Assembly (NCBI GenBank): GCA_039738635.1
Contig: JBCLLN010000001.1
Coordinates: 42,806 to 106,805 of the forward strand
Length of the DNA stretch: 64,000 nucleotides
From: Candidatus Saccharimonadia bacterium
Lineage (GTDB): Bacteria; Patescibacteriota; Saccharimonadia; CAILAD01; BJGX01
Reading direction: 5' to 3'
How positions within the stretch are numbered: position 1 is the first letter of the stretch; each line of letters opens with the position of its first letter. Below are positions 28,174 to 38,395 of this stretch, one piece after another. A program made the translations under genes and the position numbers. Under the pieces are notes generated by a model. That model was given only the letters and a program-made list of their open reading frames with translations, searched no databases and was not told the origin of the DNA.

Positions 28174-29175
28174 TTAAAGAGCAGCTACTTTTGTAGCCTT
28201 GCTGGTGGCATGGGATAAGCCTAGTTTAGCAATAGTTAGGATGACACTCTCATAATCTAGCTGGCAATTTAGCCTGCAGGCTCTTGTAAAGTATCCCCCT
28301 CCCAGTCCTGGAGCTAGGTTGGCTTCAAGAAAGTGGAGCTGCCCATGGGCATCCATCCTAAAATCAATCCTGCCGTAATCGCGAGCTCCAAGTGCTACAA
28401 ATATTCGCTTAGCAAGCCTTTTGAGTTCTTCTTCTAGAAAGGCATCCCCGATTGCAATCACCTCTTCGGTATCTTCCGTTTTGACGTCCTTACAAAGTAT
28501 CCTATCTCCTCTGCAATTTTTGACAGTTATTAGCTCGACTGGCATAACAAGAGCATCCCCTCCGTTGCCTAGAATAGCAACGCTGAACTCTCGCCCAGTA
28601 AGGTAGGGCTCTACTAAGGCCTTGGTAGCAAATCTGGCATAGATTGATTCTACCTTGTCACAAAATGACGAGTAGTTGTGCACTACTGAGTCTTTATCGA
28701 TGCCCTTACTCCCACCGGAGGCAATAGGCTTAATAAAGAGCGGGTAATCTATCATGAGCTTGGCCTGAGGCCCGTATTGGCCTGGCAAGGCAGTAAAGTA
28801 AGGCGATGTTTGTAAGCCGGCTAGGGCTGCAGTAGTCTTAGCTAACTCCTTATTGACACTGATTCTTATGGCAGATTTATGAGAGCCGGTGTAATTAATG
28901 TTGTGCTCATCAAGATACTCAGATAACCACACATTGGATGGCACGAGGCTCTCGCTTGGATCTGTACGCACCATAGAGACACCCGCCATAATTAAATCTG
29001 GAGCTTTTAGTATTAATTCATCAATGTCTTGCAAACCATCAACAAAGCTAATGCCAACTTTTCTATACTTCTTAGAAAGTACAGAATATACCATTGCAAG
29101 AGTAGCTTTACTCATACCAGCAGCGCGAGCTCTATTAGTGCAGACTATTTCAATGTGTTTGTTGGTCTTGTTCAT
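28174..29175 (-). CDS. ddl: D-alanine--D-alanine ligase family ATP-grasp enzyme
   Basis: GREFSVAILGN, DYGRIDFRMDAHGQLHFLEANLAPGLG (Ddl C-terminal ATP-grasp signature). The ORF opens at 29211; MNKTNKH (ATG at 29175) is taken as start. Confidence 0.65.
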   Translation of the reverse strand: MNKTNKHIEIVCTNRARAAGMSKATLAMVYSVLSKKYRKVGISFVDGLQDIDELILKAPDLIMAGVSMVRTDPSESLVPSNVWLSEYLDEHNINYTGSHKSAIRISVNKELAKTTAALAGLQTSPYFTALPGQYGPQAKLMIDYPLFIKPIASGGSKGIDKDSVVHNYSSFCDKVESIYARFATKALVEPYLTGREFSVAILGNGGDALVMPVELITVKNCRGDRILCKDVKTEDTEEVIAIGDAFLEEELKRLAKRIFVALGARDYGRIDFRMDAHGQLHFLEANLAPGLGGGYFTRACRLNCQLDYESVILTIAKLGLSHATSKATKVAAL

Positions 29176-29486
29176 GATATTAATAAAGTACAATAAAATA
29201 GCCAGATGCAAGCTAAGTAGCTACACCTAAGTAACTATTACGAAAGTAATTATTATATATAATTATAGCAGATAAAGACTTAATTATCCATGGCCAGTAG
29301 CCGCTACTAGATAAGCTTAAAAAAAATTAGTAATACTATTTGTAATAAATCATAAAATCATGTATAATAAGCGAGTTCTTAGATACTATGCTGCTACGGC
29401 TCTAATGGATTAGGAAATTAATTAAGTTCTGGGTGCAGCTAAACAGCCGACAAAGCTGGGATTCACCAGAGAGATAAGAAGGAACT

Positions 29487-29744
29487 ATGGCAAAGAATCT
29501 ATTTGTTGGTTCACTCCCATGGAGTGTAAACGACGAGCAACTTGCTCAAATTTTTGCAGAGGCCGGTTCAGTTGATTCAGCTCGTGTTATCACAGAGCGA
29601 GACAGCGGCCGATCTAAGGGTTTCGGATTTGTGGAAATGGCTACCGATGAGGAAGCCAAAAAAGCAGTCGAAATGCTAAATGGCAAAGAACTTGAAGGCC
29701 GTGCTATCACAGTGAACGAAGCCCGACCACGCGAAGAGCGCTAA
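29487..29744 (+). CDS. RRM-type RNA-binding protein
   Basis: RNP-2 LFVGSL and RNP-1 KGFGFVEM; RBS aaggaa upstream. Confidence 0.8.
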   Translation: MAKNLFVGSLPWSVNDEQLAQIFAEAGSVDSARVITERDSGRSKGFGFVEMATDEEAKKAVEMLNGKELEGRAITVNEARPREER

Positions 29745-29767
29745 AAGCGCTTTTAAAAATCAATCTA

Positions 29768-29801
29768 CCCCGCTCTGGCTATATAGTTATCGGGGTTTTT
29801 T
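29768..29801 (+). terminator. Putative intrinsic terminator after the RRM gene
   Basis: CCCCG...CGGGG stem followed by TTTTTT. Confidence 0.45.
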
Positions 29802-29821
29802 GATATGTATTTATTATGTAT

Positions 29822-31198
29822 TTATTGAGCTCTATGGACTAGTGTGCCCACCTGGGTATCACTGGCTACAAGGCCATGCTGACTTAAGAGTTTAGCTCGC
29901 AATGAATCTGAGAGACTAAAGTTCTTGTCTTTTCTTGCTAGCTCATAGCTATCTATCACTTCTAGCACTTCTGAGCTTAGTGGATTATCAACTATAATAC
30001 CAAGCCCCATAATATCATCTACCAGCCTCATAGCTTCCCTGGCGTCAACTGTATAGACCTTGCCTTCTATTAGGCGGAGTGCCGAGAGAGCCTTGGGGGT
30101 ATTAAGGTCATCACTAAGGGCCTGCTTAAACTCGGTGATGAACTGCTTAGTTTTTCCTGTATCATCAGCTTCTGGTAACTGCCCTACCCTAGCTAGCATT
30201 AGCTGGTCGGTGTAGGTGCGGATATTTTTAAGGCGCTCCTCTGCCGAGCTAATATCAGCTAAACAAAAGTCCATTTGGCTACGATAGTGAGCGCTGAGAA
30301 TTAAATACCTGAGGGCCATAGGGTCATTGATATCCTTAAGGGTCATGATATTGCCAAGTGATTTGCTCATTTTCTGAGACTTAATACTAAGATGCTCATT
30401 GTGAATATAATAATTAGCCTGCGTACCGCCACATTGAGCAAGCTCGTTCTCGTGATGTGGGAACTTCAAATCAACCCCCCCAGTATGAATATCAAATGGC
30501 TGACCCAAGAACTCCGTACTCATAGCCGAGCACTCTATATGCCAGCCTGGTCGGCCTGGATAATTTTTGCCAGAGATATTAAAATCCCAGAATGGCTCCC
30601 CTGGTTTGTGTGCTTTCCAGAGTACAAAGTCAGCCACTCCTTCTTTTTGATCCTGATCGTTGGTGACACGCGCCCTGGCACTAAAATCCAAGCTAACTAG
30701 CCTTCCATAGGTCTTTCCAGAGGCGATGTAATTTTTGACACTAAAATAGACACTTCCATCGGATACATATCCTATGCCATCGCTAATCAATTGGGTAATG
30801 ATGGTTTGAATGGGCGCAATGAAGTCAGTGGCCCTTGGCAAGTGGCTTATATCGTCTCGCCTAATACCGACCTTTTCGATATCATCAAGGAATATGTCAG
30901 TATACTTATCGGCTAATTTATTGATGGCATCAAGAGGCTCTTGGTTGGGGTAACTCTCGGAGGCTCTAGCTATCATCCTGTCGTCAATATCAGTAATATT
31001 CATGACCCAATCAACATTAAGACCCTCTAGCCTAGCTAGCACTCTCTGTAATAGGTCGGGCATTAAAAAGGCCCTAATGTTTCCGGCATGAATACGATCA
31101 TAGACAGTTGGTCCACAGCTATAAATACTTGCACTACCGGGGTTAATGGGTATAAAATCTTGCTTCTTATTGGTCAGCGAGTTGTAAAGCTTTAGCAT
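29822..31198 (-). CDS. cysS: Cysteinyl-tRNA synthetase
   Basis: HAGNIRAF (HIGH-type), KMSKSLGN, Zn-ligand CGPTVY...HIEC pattern. Confidence 0.9.
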   Translation of the reverse strand: MLKLYNSLTNKKQDFIPINPGSASIYSCGPTVYDRIHAGNIRAFLMPDLLQRVLARLEGLNVDWVMNITDIDDRMIARASESYPNQEPLDAINKLADKYTDIFLDDIEKVGIRRDDISHLPRATDFIAPIQTIITQLISDGIGYVSDGSVYFSVKNYIASGKTYGRLVSLDFSARARVTNDQDQKEGVADFVLWKAHKPGEPFWDFNISGKNYPGRPGWHIECSAMSTEFLGQPFDIHTGGVDLKFPHHENELAQCGGTQANYYIHNEHLSIKSQKMSKSLGNIMTLKDINDPMALRYLILSAHYRSQMDFCLADISSAEERLKNIRTYTDQLMLARVGQLPEADDTGKTKQFITEFKQALSDDLNTPKALSALRLIEGKVYTVDAREAMRLVDDIMGLGIIVDNPLSSEVLEVIDSYELARKDKNFSLSDSLRAKLLSQHGLVASDTQVGTLVHRAQ

Positions 31199-31201
31199 AT
31201 G

Positions 31202-31741
31202 TTAGTTATTATAAACCTTTCGAAGTACTTCTGCTGTAAGCTGGCAATCTTCTAGGGCATTATGTAGATTGCGCTTGGGCAGACCTAAAAATTCAAATGT
31301 CTGCTCGGAGCGCACTATATCTCCTCTGCCCTGACCTACCAAATGCATATAAGCTAGGCTCCAAATATCTAGATAGTGATAATCGTGCTCATAAATATCC
31401 TTGCCAATCCCACCAAGCATTCTACCAAGCATGCAGTGGTCAAGCATTTCGTTCCAGCTTGCCAGATAGACATCGGTGCCAAACTTTTCTAGAAATTGAT
31501 TAATTACTTCATCTTGGCTTGGAGAATTTTGTAGGTTTTCTTGTGTGATGCCATGTATCTTGGCTGACTCAGGGCTCATGCCGCTTAAGTCCTGCTTTAT
31601 AAAGCTCAGAAAATTATCTTGCTCTACTAAACTCTCTTTGTTGAGTAGTACTGCTCCAAGCTGAATAGGTAACGATTTTTTTAGGTCCAGCCCGGTAGTT
31701 TCAAAATCAATTATCAGTATGTCTTTACTAAAACCCTTCAT
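31202..31741 (-). CDS. DEDDh-family 3'-5' exonuclease (DnaQ/oligoribonuclease-like)
   Basis: Exo I ILIIDFETTGLD, Exo III HNALEDCQLTAEV. Confidence 0.7.
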   Translation of the reverse strand: MKGFSKDILIIDFETTGLDLKKSLPIQLGAVLLNKESLVEQDNFLSFIKQDLSGMSPESAKIHGITQENLQNSPSQDEVINQFLEKFGTDVYLASWNEMLDHCMLGRMLGGIGKDIYEHDYHYLDIWSLAYMHLVGQGRGDIVRSEQTFEFLGLPKRNLHNALEDCQLTAEVLRKVYNN

Positions 31742-32341
31742 CTAGAACGCCTGCCTGTTATCAAGTGCTCGGCTTAAGGTTAGCTGGTCGGCGTACTCTA
31801 AATCACCACCTATTGGTAGCCCATGGGCGAGTTTGCTGATTTTACCTTGATAGCCCTGGTCTTGAAGTTTGCGAGATATATAGATTGATGTTGTCTCACC
31901 TTCTATATTGGGGTTGGTAGCTAGAATTATTTCTTCTGGCTCTACAACGGCTACCCTATCTAGCAGGCTTTGAATCTCTAAATCGTCTGGGCCTACTCCA
32001 TCGATGGGGCTAATTACTCCATGCAGAATATGGTATTGCCCCCTAAATAGTCCGGTTCTCTCAATAGCGACTATATCCATAGGGCCCGAGACGACAGCAA
32101 TTAGCTCTGGGCTCCTAGTGGTGCTGGTGCAAATTGGGCAGAGCTCACCAGTGGCATAGTTCTTACAAGAAGAGCATCTTTGTAGGCCCTTGTTTAGATC
32201 CAGCATAACCTTGCCAAACTGATCTACATCACCACTGGCTAACAAATAAAACACCAGCCTTTCTGCTGACTTAGAGCCAATAGATGGAAGCTTTGCGAAC
32301 TCATCGATGAGATTAGTGATATTGTCGGGCAGTATTTGCAT
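31742..32341 (-). CDS. recR: Recombination protein RecR
   Basis: HhH LPSIGSKSAERL, C4 zinc finger CSSCKNYATGELCPIC, Toprim. Confidence 0.9.
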   Translation of the reverse strand: MQILPDNITNLIDEFAKLPSIGSKSAERLVFYLLASGDVDQFGKVMLDLNKGLQRCSSCKNYATGELCPICTSTTRSPELIAVVSGPMDIVAIERTGLFRGQYHILHGVISPIDGVGPDDLEIQSLLDRVAVVEPEEIILATNPNIEGETTSIYISRKLQDQGYQGKISKLAHGLPIGGDLEYADQLTLSRALDNRQAF

Positions 32342-32346
32342 CTTTG

Positions 32347-32655
32347 CTACATACCAGGCAACTTCATACTGCCAGCTATCTCTTGCATTTTAGTTGTGGC
32401 CTCTGCCATAAGTTCTTTATTGGCCTGATTAACTGCTGCCATGATAAGCTCTGACAATCTATCGAGATCTTCGGCTAAATCTGGCTGAATTTCAATCTTC
32501 CTTATCTCAACATTCATGCTTGTCTGGCTAATAGCTAGCCCTGCGGTAACTACTACCTCGCCGTCACCAGCTTCAGCTTCTATTTGCATTCGCTTCAAGT
32601 CTTTTTGTAATTTAAGGGCTTTTTGGGCTAATTTAGCTTTTTCTATCATTGACAT
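32347..32655 (-). CDS. ybaB: Nucleoid-associated protein YbaB/EbfC
   Basis: 102 aa, KLAQKALKLQKDLKRMQIE...GEVVVTAGLAISQ; sits immediately upstream of recR as is typical. Confidence 0.85.
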   Translation of the reverse strand: MSMIEKAKLAQKALKLQKDLKRMQIEAEAGDGEVVVTAGLAISQTSMNVEIRKIEIQPDLAEDLDRLSELIMAAVNQANKELMAEATTKMQEIAGSMKLPGM

Positions 32656-32688
32656 ATTGATACTCCTTTTGTTACTGATTAATACTCT

Positions 32689-34308
32689 CTATTGTATCTG
32701 ATAAAGCCTGGCTTCGCTATATCCCCCGCGATATGACTGCTTAAGCACCCAACTAGGCGGCACAGAATCATAATAATCATGCTGGCCAGTCTTGCCAATC
32801 AGCCAGACTCTGCCTGGTGGCAAGCTAGTAAATGAGTCCGTATAGACACCCTTATCGTAGAGGAGCCCAGACTCACCATAGCCATTAGGCCTACCATTAT
32901 GGGTATAGAGTAGTATTCTAGAGCCAGTTTGATTATAAAAGCTTGAATCAAAATATGTATAGAGCTCAGCTGAGATTATGCTATCACCTGGCAAATACTG
33001 CTGATTTAGGGCATCCATTACATTACCCATCTGATGATTACCCTGGGAGTAAACATTTCTAATCCCCACGAGCTGTAAGGATATAACTACCAGAGCCAGC
33101 GCTACTGCAACTGCGCGATGTTTTTTCACAAGCGAGCTAAAATAAATTGCTAGCAACATACAAACGCTAAGCGCACTAAAAACAAAATAGCGCTGATGGA
33201 AGACCGGCTTGACTAGCGAAATTACAATGACAGATAAAATTGGTAAAAGCGTAAAAATAGCTAGAAGCCGAACAAAGCGCTCCTTAGACTTGTCTAAAAT
33301 GGAAATATATAGGATAGCTGCCAAAACCCCCAGCGGCAGCACCCAATAAGAGATGGGGCCAATCAAGTGCGCGTCAGTAAAAGTAAAAAACTGCCAAATG
33401 GTGTCATTAAAAGTAGCGATGGATGTCTTAGATAGCCAGCCTAGCCCTTGACCGCTAGTAATTTGATTAATCATATTCGGTATCCACGGCAAAAAGATAA
33501 TCACTGCTAAAACATTAGCTCCCCACCAGCGCCAATCTGAGAGTAGTTTTATTTTCTTATTGCCTTTTACAATATAGAGGCTAGCCACATATAGCCAAAA
33601 GCTAGCTACCACTAGAACCGTAAAGTAATGGGTATAAAGACCAGCCGATATTCCAAGAATATACAATGCGTACCCTAGCCAACGATTATTACGACGGACT
33701 ATCATAATAAGTCCTAGCATAGCTACCAACATAAATACTCCCAGCACACCATACATTCTAGCTTCCTGGCTATAGCGAATCAAGAAAGGGTTAAGCGCTA
33801 GGATAACTCCAGCTAGTGCGGCAATATTATGTCGCTTAGTAATTTTATCAACTATTAAGTAGCCTAGCCCCACTACCGCAACTCCACATACAGCGCTTAA
33901 AGATCGCAGCGCAAGGGCTGAATTACCAAATATCACCGACCAGCCATGCAGTAGCTCGTAGTAGAGCGGTGGATGCACATCCCTAGCTGAACCAAGCCAA
34001 ATACCTAGCCAGTCCCTACTTGCCAACATAGCACTATATCCTTCATCGTGCCAAATGCTCGACTTTGTAATCCCAACCCACCGAGCGGTAACTGCCAAGA
34101 CTATAATTACACCAAACACCAAAACCCAATGCTCATTAAGATATTTACTAAACCTACTAGATGAATTAGATTTAATTTTTGTATTGGCCACGGAGTATCT
34201 GCCAGCGAATTTTAAGCAAATCACCAAAGGTCTGCACTGATGCCTTAATGGGTGAGCTACCGCTAATTTTACTGCCTTCCTTGACATCTTTCCAGTCAGG
34301 AACATCAA
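32689..34308 (-). CDS. GT39/GT83 (PMT/ArnT-like) polytopic membrane glycosyltransferase
   Basis: More than 10 TM helices, ArnT/PMT-like topology. True start is probably downstream of 34308, since this ORF overlaps the upstream GT2 gene by 137 nt. Confidence 0.55.
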   Translation of the reverse strand: MMFLTGKMSRKAVKLAVAHPLRHQCRPLVICLKFAGRYSVANTKIKSNSSSRFSKYLNEHWVLVFGVIIVLAVTARWVGITKSSIWHDEGYSAMLASRDWLGIWLGSARDVHPPLYYELLHGWSVIFGNSALALRSLSAVCGVAVVGLGYLIVDKITKRHNIAALAGVILALNPFLIRYSQEARMYGVLGVFMLVAMLGLIMIVRRNNRWLGYALYILGISAGLYTHYFTVLVVASFWLYVASLYIVKGNKKIKLLSDWRWWGANVLAVIIFLPWIPNMINQITSGQGLGWLSKTSIATFNDTIWQFFTFTDAHLIGPISYWVLPLGVLAAILYISILDKSKERFVRLLAIFTLLPILSVIVISLVKPVFHQRYFVFSALSVCMLLAIYFSSLVKKHRAVAVALALVVISLQLVGIRNVYSQGNHQMGNVMDALNQQYLPGDSIISAELYTYFDSSFYNQTGSRILLYTHNGRPNGYGESGLLYDKGVYTDSFTSLPPGRVWLIGKTGQHDYYDSVPPSWVLKQSYRGGYSEARLYQIQ

Positions 34309-34912
34309 TAAGCCCGATACTCATGCCCTTCTTTCGCGCAATAGCTAGTATTTCCATATCAAATCCCCAGCTCTCGATGGTCTGGAGCGGGAATATAATA
34401 TCTGCCGACTCCTTAGTGAAAGCCTTAAACCCACATTGGGTGTCTTTAATACCAGGCAAGAGCAATGTCTGCACTAGCATATTGCCAGTACTAGAAATGA
34501 TTTTACGAAGACCCTTGTGGCTGGCCTGGAGATTCCTAACACATATTGCTACCTGCTTGCCAGAGCCCAGCAGACTAATGGCGTCATCAATATACTTCAG
34601 TGGAGTAGCGAGATCGGCATCCATAAACAACACATACTTGCCCTTAGCTTTGAGCATTCCTTTTTTAACTTGTAGGCCCTTTATAAACTTGTCTTTTGGT
34701 TTGGGTCCTACATTAATTACCTCAAGGTCATTAAATAACGAGCTGCGACTTTTTACTTCATCGACCGTACCATCGGGACTTCCGGCATCAATTATTAGTA
34801 CTTGGGCATTTATCTTAGAATGATCAAGGTATTTTGATAGTTTATCCAAAGTGGCGCCAATCCTGCCAGCCTCATTGTAGGTGGGTATGACAATACTTAG
34901 AAAAGTACTCAT
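34172..34912 (-). CDS. GT2 polyprenyl-phosphate sugar synthase (DPM1/ArnC-like)
   Basis: LSIVIPTYNE, IIDAGSPDGT, LFMDADLATP (DXD). Confidence 0.8.
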   Translation of the reverse strand: MSTFLSIVIPTYNEAGRIGATLDKLSKYLDHSKINAQVLIIDAGSPDGTVDEVKSRSSLFNDLEVINVGPKPKDKFIKGLQVKKGMLKAKGKYVLFMDADLATPLKYIDDAISLLGSGKQVAICVRNLQASHKGLRKIISSTGNMLVQTLLLPGIKDTQCGFKAFTKESADIIFPLQTIESWGFDMEILAIARKKGMSIGLIDVPDWKDVKEGSKISGSSPIKASVQTFGDLLKIRWQILRGQYKN

Positions 34913-36471
34913 TGGCTAACCTCCACTGCGCTAAATAATAATTTGCCATTAAAGTCCGAGCGGATATCTATAACTTTAGCCTTTGGGAATTTGGCCTTGG
35001 TTAGCGTTATTAGCTTGTCGTGCTCATCGCCGGAGGAAATAATAATTAGCTTAGAGCCCCCAGATATTGGTAGCTCGGCTAGTTCTTGACTGCTTAGAAG
35101 CTGGTACTTAAGCTTCTTGTGGGTTAGGTATTGGATTGGATTGGCTTCATAGCCCCCCATAACGATATAATTAGCGGTGTTATTTTGTTGGCTCGTTATT
35201 AGGTATTTTGCGATCGTCACAGAGCCTTCATTGTAGGCCTCGTAGGTCTTAGGATCTTGGGCCCAGGCTACAAAGTACTGGCGATAGGCCAGCACTAGCG
35301 ATAACCCTAACAGTACGCATACAATTACTAACCCAAAGGTCCTGGCAAGCTTATTGATGGGGAAGGTCCTATACCAGATGAATAATAAATAATTAACTCC
35401 TACACCAGCTAAGATATAGACCGGCACAGCTGTGCCAATAGAGCGAAGGGCGTGGGGGAGTCCTTCGGCTGTCAATAGTGCTGGTAAAAGCATTGAACCA
35501 AACACAGCCAGCAATAATGCATAGCGAGGTTTATTAAAGTTAGTTAGGCATATTATAAGCCCCAGCAAGAACATAATACCCACAAATAAATTAAGTAGTG
35601 GCTGTCCTGCTAGATTATGGCGATTGTTTGCATCCCCCACATAGTGATATTGCAAAAGTGTCTTGGCAGTTCCGCTTAGGAGTGTTGGGATGGGCTGGCC
35701 ATTGTTGAGATCCTTATTAAGAAAGCTAGTCCCCCCAGTCCTTGCTGTAGAGCCGCCTGGATCCTTAAGTGTTGTAACAATCAGTGGCGTCATAACCAGC
35801 CCAAATACCACCAGGCTCAACACTAACTTCTTCCAGTGCTCCCCGAGCCACTTTCTGCGAAAAATTAGCATATAGATTGCACCCCCAAATATTGCCGTGA
35901 TAATCATTGCAAAGGCAGTGTAAGTATAAAAACCAAGCCCCAATGAGATGCCCGCTAAAACATAAAAAATAGCTTTATTGGTCTTATAGGCTTTGGCACC
36001 AAAGAGCATTACCAGCCCAATAAATAGTGGTACCAAGCTAGCCCTAAAGCCATCACGCTGAATAGTCACCACCCAAGGGCTAATGGCAAAAAGGAAGGCC
36101 GTAATAAGTGCTGTGCGGCGGCTAAACCACTCTTTAGTGGCAAAAAATATTACAATTACACTGAGTACTCCAAAGAGAGCTGGCGCGATTCTTAGGGCAA
36201 GAATAGTATTGCCCATAGCATACACGAAAATGGCTTGCAGATAAAAGAACAGTGCTTCCCTAGGCCCATTGGTGTCATATATTATTCTCCAGTCGCGGTT
36301 TTCTAAAATTCTAAAGATGTCTAGACCATTGGCTGCCTCGTCTGGATGAAGGCCTGGTGGTAGGCTATTGAGTTGATAGAATCTAAAAAACACTGCCAAT
36401 AATACAATTGCTAACAATAATATCCCTGACCAATATTTCTTAATAAAGTTTTGGATCTTATTTTTTTTCAT
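34909..36471 (-). CDS. GT39/GT83 (PMT/ArnT-like) membrane glycosyltransferase
   Basis: Periplasmic-loop motif PPGLHPDEAANG typical of PMT/ArnT family; about 12 TM. Confidence 0.6.
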   Translation of the reverse strand: MKKNKIQNFIKKYWSGILLLAIVLLAVFFRFYQLNSLPPGLHPDEAANGLDIFRILENRDWRIIYDTNGPREALFFYLQAIFVYAMGNTILALRIAPALFGVLSVIVIFFATKEWFSRRTALITAFLFAISPWVVTIQRDGFRASLVPLFIGLVMLFGAKAYKTNKAIFYVLAGISLGLGFYTYTAFAMIITAIFGGAIYMLIFRRKWLGEHWKKLVLSLVVFGLVMTPLIVTTLKDPGGSTARTGGTSFLNKDLNNGQPIPTLLSGTAKTLLQYHYVGDANNRHNLAGQPLLNLFVGIMFLLGLIICLTNFNKPRYALLLAVFGSMLLPALLTAEGLPHALRSIGTAVPVYILAGVGVNYLLFIWYRTFPINKLARTFGLVIVCVLLGLSLVLAYRQYFVAWAQDPKTYEAYNEGSVTIAKYLITSQQNNTANYIVMGGYEANPIQYLTHKKLKYQLLSSQELAELPISGGSKLIIISSGDEHDKLITLTKAKFPKAKVIDIRSDFNGKLLFSAVEVSQ

Positions 36472-37019
36472 CGCTTAAACACCAAATATTTATATGCTAG
36501 GTAGTTATAAACAAATACAATAGCGACTGCTCCAGCCAGGGCTACATTAGCAGTGTAGAAGGCTTGATCCATGGGTAAATATAATGCTTGACCAATAGAG
36601 TAGGCAACACTAGATGGCCATTGCCAACTCTGCGTGAAAAAACTCAAAATTGGTGGTCTTATGGCATAGAGCCCAAAGGTTGTAACAACAAAAAACATCA
36701 CAATGCCAGAGATTCCGACATTCTTAGACTTAAAAGTGAAACGCTGATTAAAAATAAAGCTATTAATCATCGCCAATGTGCCAGAAATTACTCCAGCAAT
36801 TATCAGTCCGGTTATGGCTAGGCCAAAGATACTAAAAAATTCTTCATTTTGTGGCAAAGTGGTGCGAATTAGGATATTTAATACTGAAAAATCTATTAAG
36901 GTATTGAGCACCCCAACTAAACCAAAGCGACCAACTTGGGCCACCTCAGAGTGTTTTGGAGAAGATTTAGATTTTAGATTTTTATCACTCATAACACTTA
37001 TGTATTTATTATACCCCAC
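36468..37019 (-). CDS. GtrA-family protein (polyprenyl-phosphate sugar translocation)
   Basis: VGRFGLVGVLNTLIDFSVLNILI GtrA signature; 4 TM. Confidence 0.65.
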   Translation of the reverse strand: MGYNKYISVMSDKNLKSKSSPKHSEVAQVGRFGLVGVLNTLIDFSVLNILIRTTLPQNEEFFSIFGLAITGLIIAGVISGTLAMINSFIFNQRFTFKSKNVGISGIVMFFVVTTFGLYAIRPPILSFFTQSWQWPSSVAYSIGQALYLPMDQAFYTANVALAGAVAIVFVYNYLAYKYLVFKR

Positions 37020-37039
37020 ACTAGCTAGATGCCCTATAG

Positions 37040-38395
37040 CTAGTTTTTAGCTCTATCAATAGACCTAAAAAGCGTCTGCTCGGGTTGGAAAAATAGTTCT
37101 ACATTACCCGTTGGGCCATTGCGGTGTTTTTTGATGAGTATATCGGCGATGTTTTTCTTGTCTGTTTCTTTATCATAGTAATCCTCTCTATAAATAAACA
37201 TCACTACATCGGCATCCTGCTCGATAGATCCAGAGTCGCGTAAGTCTGATAGCTGGGGAATCTTAGGCGAGCGTTGCTCGACAGAACGCGATAACTGCGA
37301 TAGTGCGATAACGGGCACATTAAGCTCACGGGCAAGGCCTTTGAGCCCACGGGTGATCTCGGAAATTTCTTGCACCCGGTTTTCACCAGAATTACGCCCA
37401 CTCATTAGCTGTAAGTAATCAATTACAAGTAGCCCTAGGTCATGTTCGGACTGTAAGCGTCTAGCCTTAGTGCGCATCTCCATAACATTAGCCATAGCTG
37501 AATCATCAATAAATATTGGTGCCTCTGCCAAAATCCCCATAGCCTTATTAATTTTTTCAAAATCCTTATCTTCGAGGTTACCTGTTCGTAATTTCCAGCT
37601 ATCTATCCCCGCCTCAGATGCTAGTAGGCGGTCTATTAATTGCTCCTTACTCATCTCTAGACTAAATACACCAACCGGTACGCCTTCCTTGGTGGCGACA
37701 TTTTGGGCAATATTAAGCGCTAAGCTGGTCTTGCCCATACTAGGACGAGCAGCAATTATAATTAAATCGGACTTTTGAAGGCCAGCTAGGATATTATCAA
37801 TTCCTTTAAAACCAGTAGGGACTCCCCGCAGACTGCCCTTGTCCTTGTGCAAGCTATCGAGCCTATCAAAGCTCTCTACGAGCACATCTTTGATGGATAC
37901 AAAGTTTTGGCGGAGGTGCTTTTGGCTAACATCAAAGAGTGTTTTTTCGGCATTGTCTAATAATGTATCAAGCTGCTGATCCTCATCGTAGGCCATGGTG
38001 TTAATTTGGCTGGCTGCTTCAATTAACCTCCTGAGAGTGGCTTTCTGGGCAACAATTTGGGCATACTGTATGACATGGGAGGCTGTAGGAACGCCATTAA
38101 CTAGCTCTGTTAAATAGCTAGCCCCCCCAATGTCTTTGAGCGCTGATTGTTTTTCTAATTGTTCCGATAGGGTCACGATATCTACAGGCTCGCGTTTTTC
38201 ATATAGCCGCAAAATAGCTTCAAATATTAAGCCATTTTTTTCAACATAAAAATCACCAATATGCACGATGTCGGCTATTTTTATGATGGCATCCTTATCT
38301 AGCAATAATGAGCCCACTAGGCTAGCCTCGGCCTGTGGATTCTGGGGTGGTAGCTTAGCGCTAAGCACATCCTTGACACTGATATTTTTAGCCAT
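37040..38395 (-). CDS. dnaB: Replicative DNA helicase
   Basis: Walker A ARPSMGKTSLALNIA, DnaB C-terminal RecA-like motifs (LVIDYLQLM, SQLSR). Confidence 0.9.
   Translation of the reverse strand: MAKNISVKDVLSAKLPPQNPQAEASLVGSLLLDKDAIIKIADIVHIGDFYVEKNGLIFEAILRLYEKREPVDIVTLSEQLEKQSALKDIGGASYLTELVNGVPTASHVIQYAQIVAQKATLRRLIEAASQINTMAYDEDQQLDTLLDNAEKTLFDVSQKHLRQNFVSIKDVLVESFDRLDSLHKDKGSLRGVPTGFKGIDNILAGLQKSDLIIIAARPSMGKTSLALNIAQNVATKEGVPVGVFSLEMSKEQLIDRLLASEAGIDSWKLRTGNLEDKDFEKINKAMGILAEAPIFIDDSAMANVMEMRTKARRLQSEHDLGLLVIDYLQLMSGRNSGENRVQEISEITRGLKGLARELNVPVIALSQLSRSVEQRSPKIPQLSDLRDSGSIEQDADVVMFIYREDYYDKETDKKNIADILIKKHRNGPTGNVELFFQPEQTLFRSIDRAKN

Noticed and set aside
30392-30700. 102-aa plus-strand ORF inside cysS
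   Set aside because: It is antisense to cysS, which has intact HIGH/KMSKS motifs.
34179-34823. 214-aa plus-strand ORF
   Set aside because: It is antisense to the clearly motif-bearing GT2 gene (34172..34912) and has low-complexity Ser/Leu/Pro composition.
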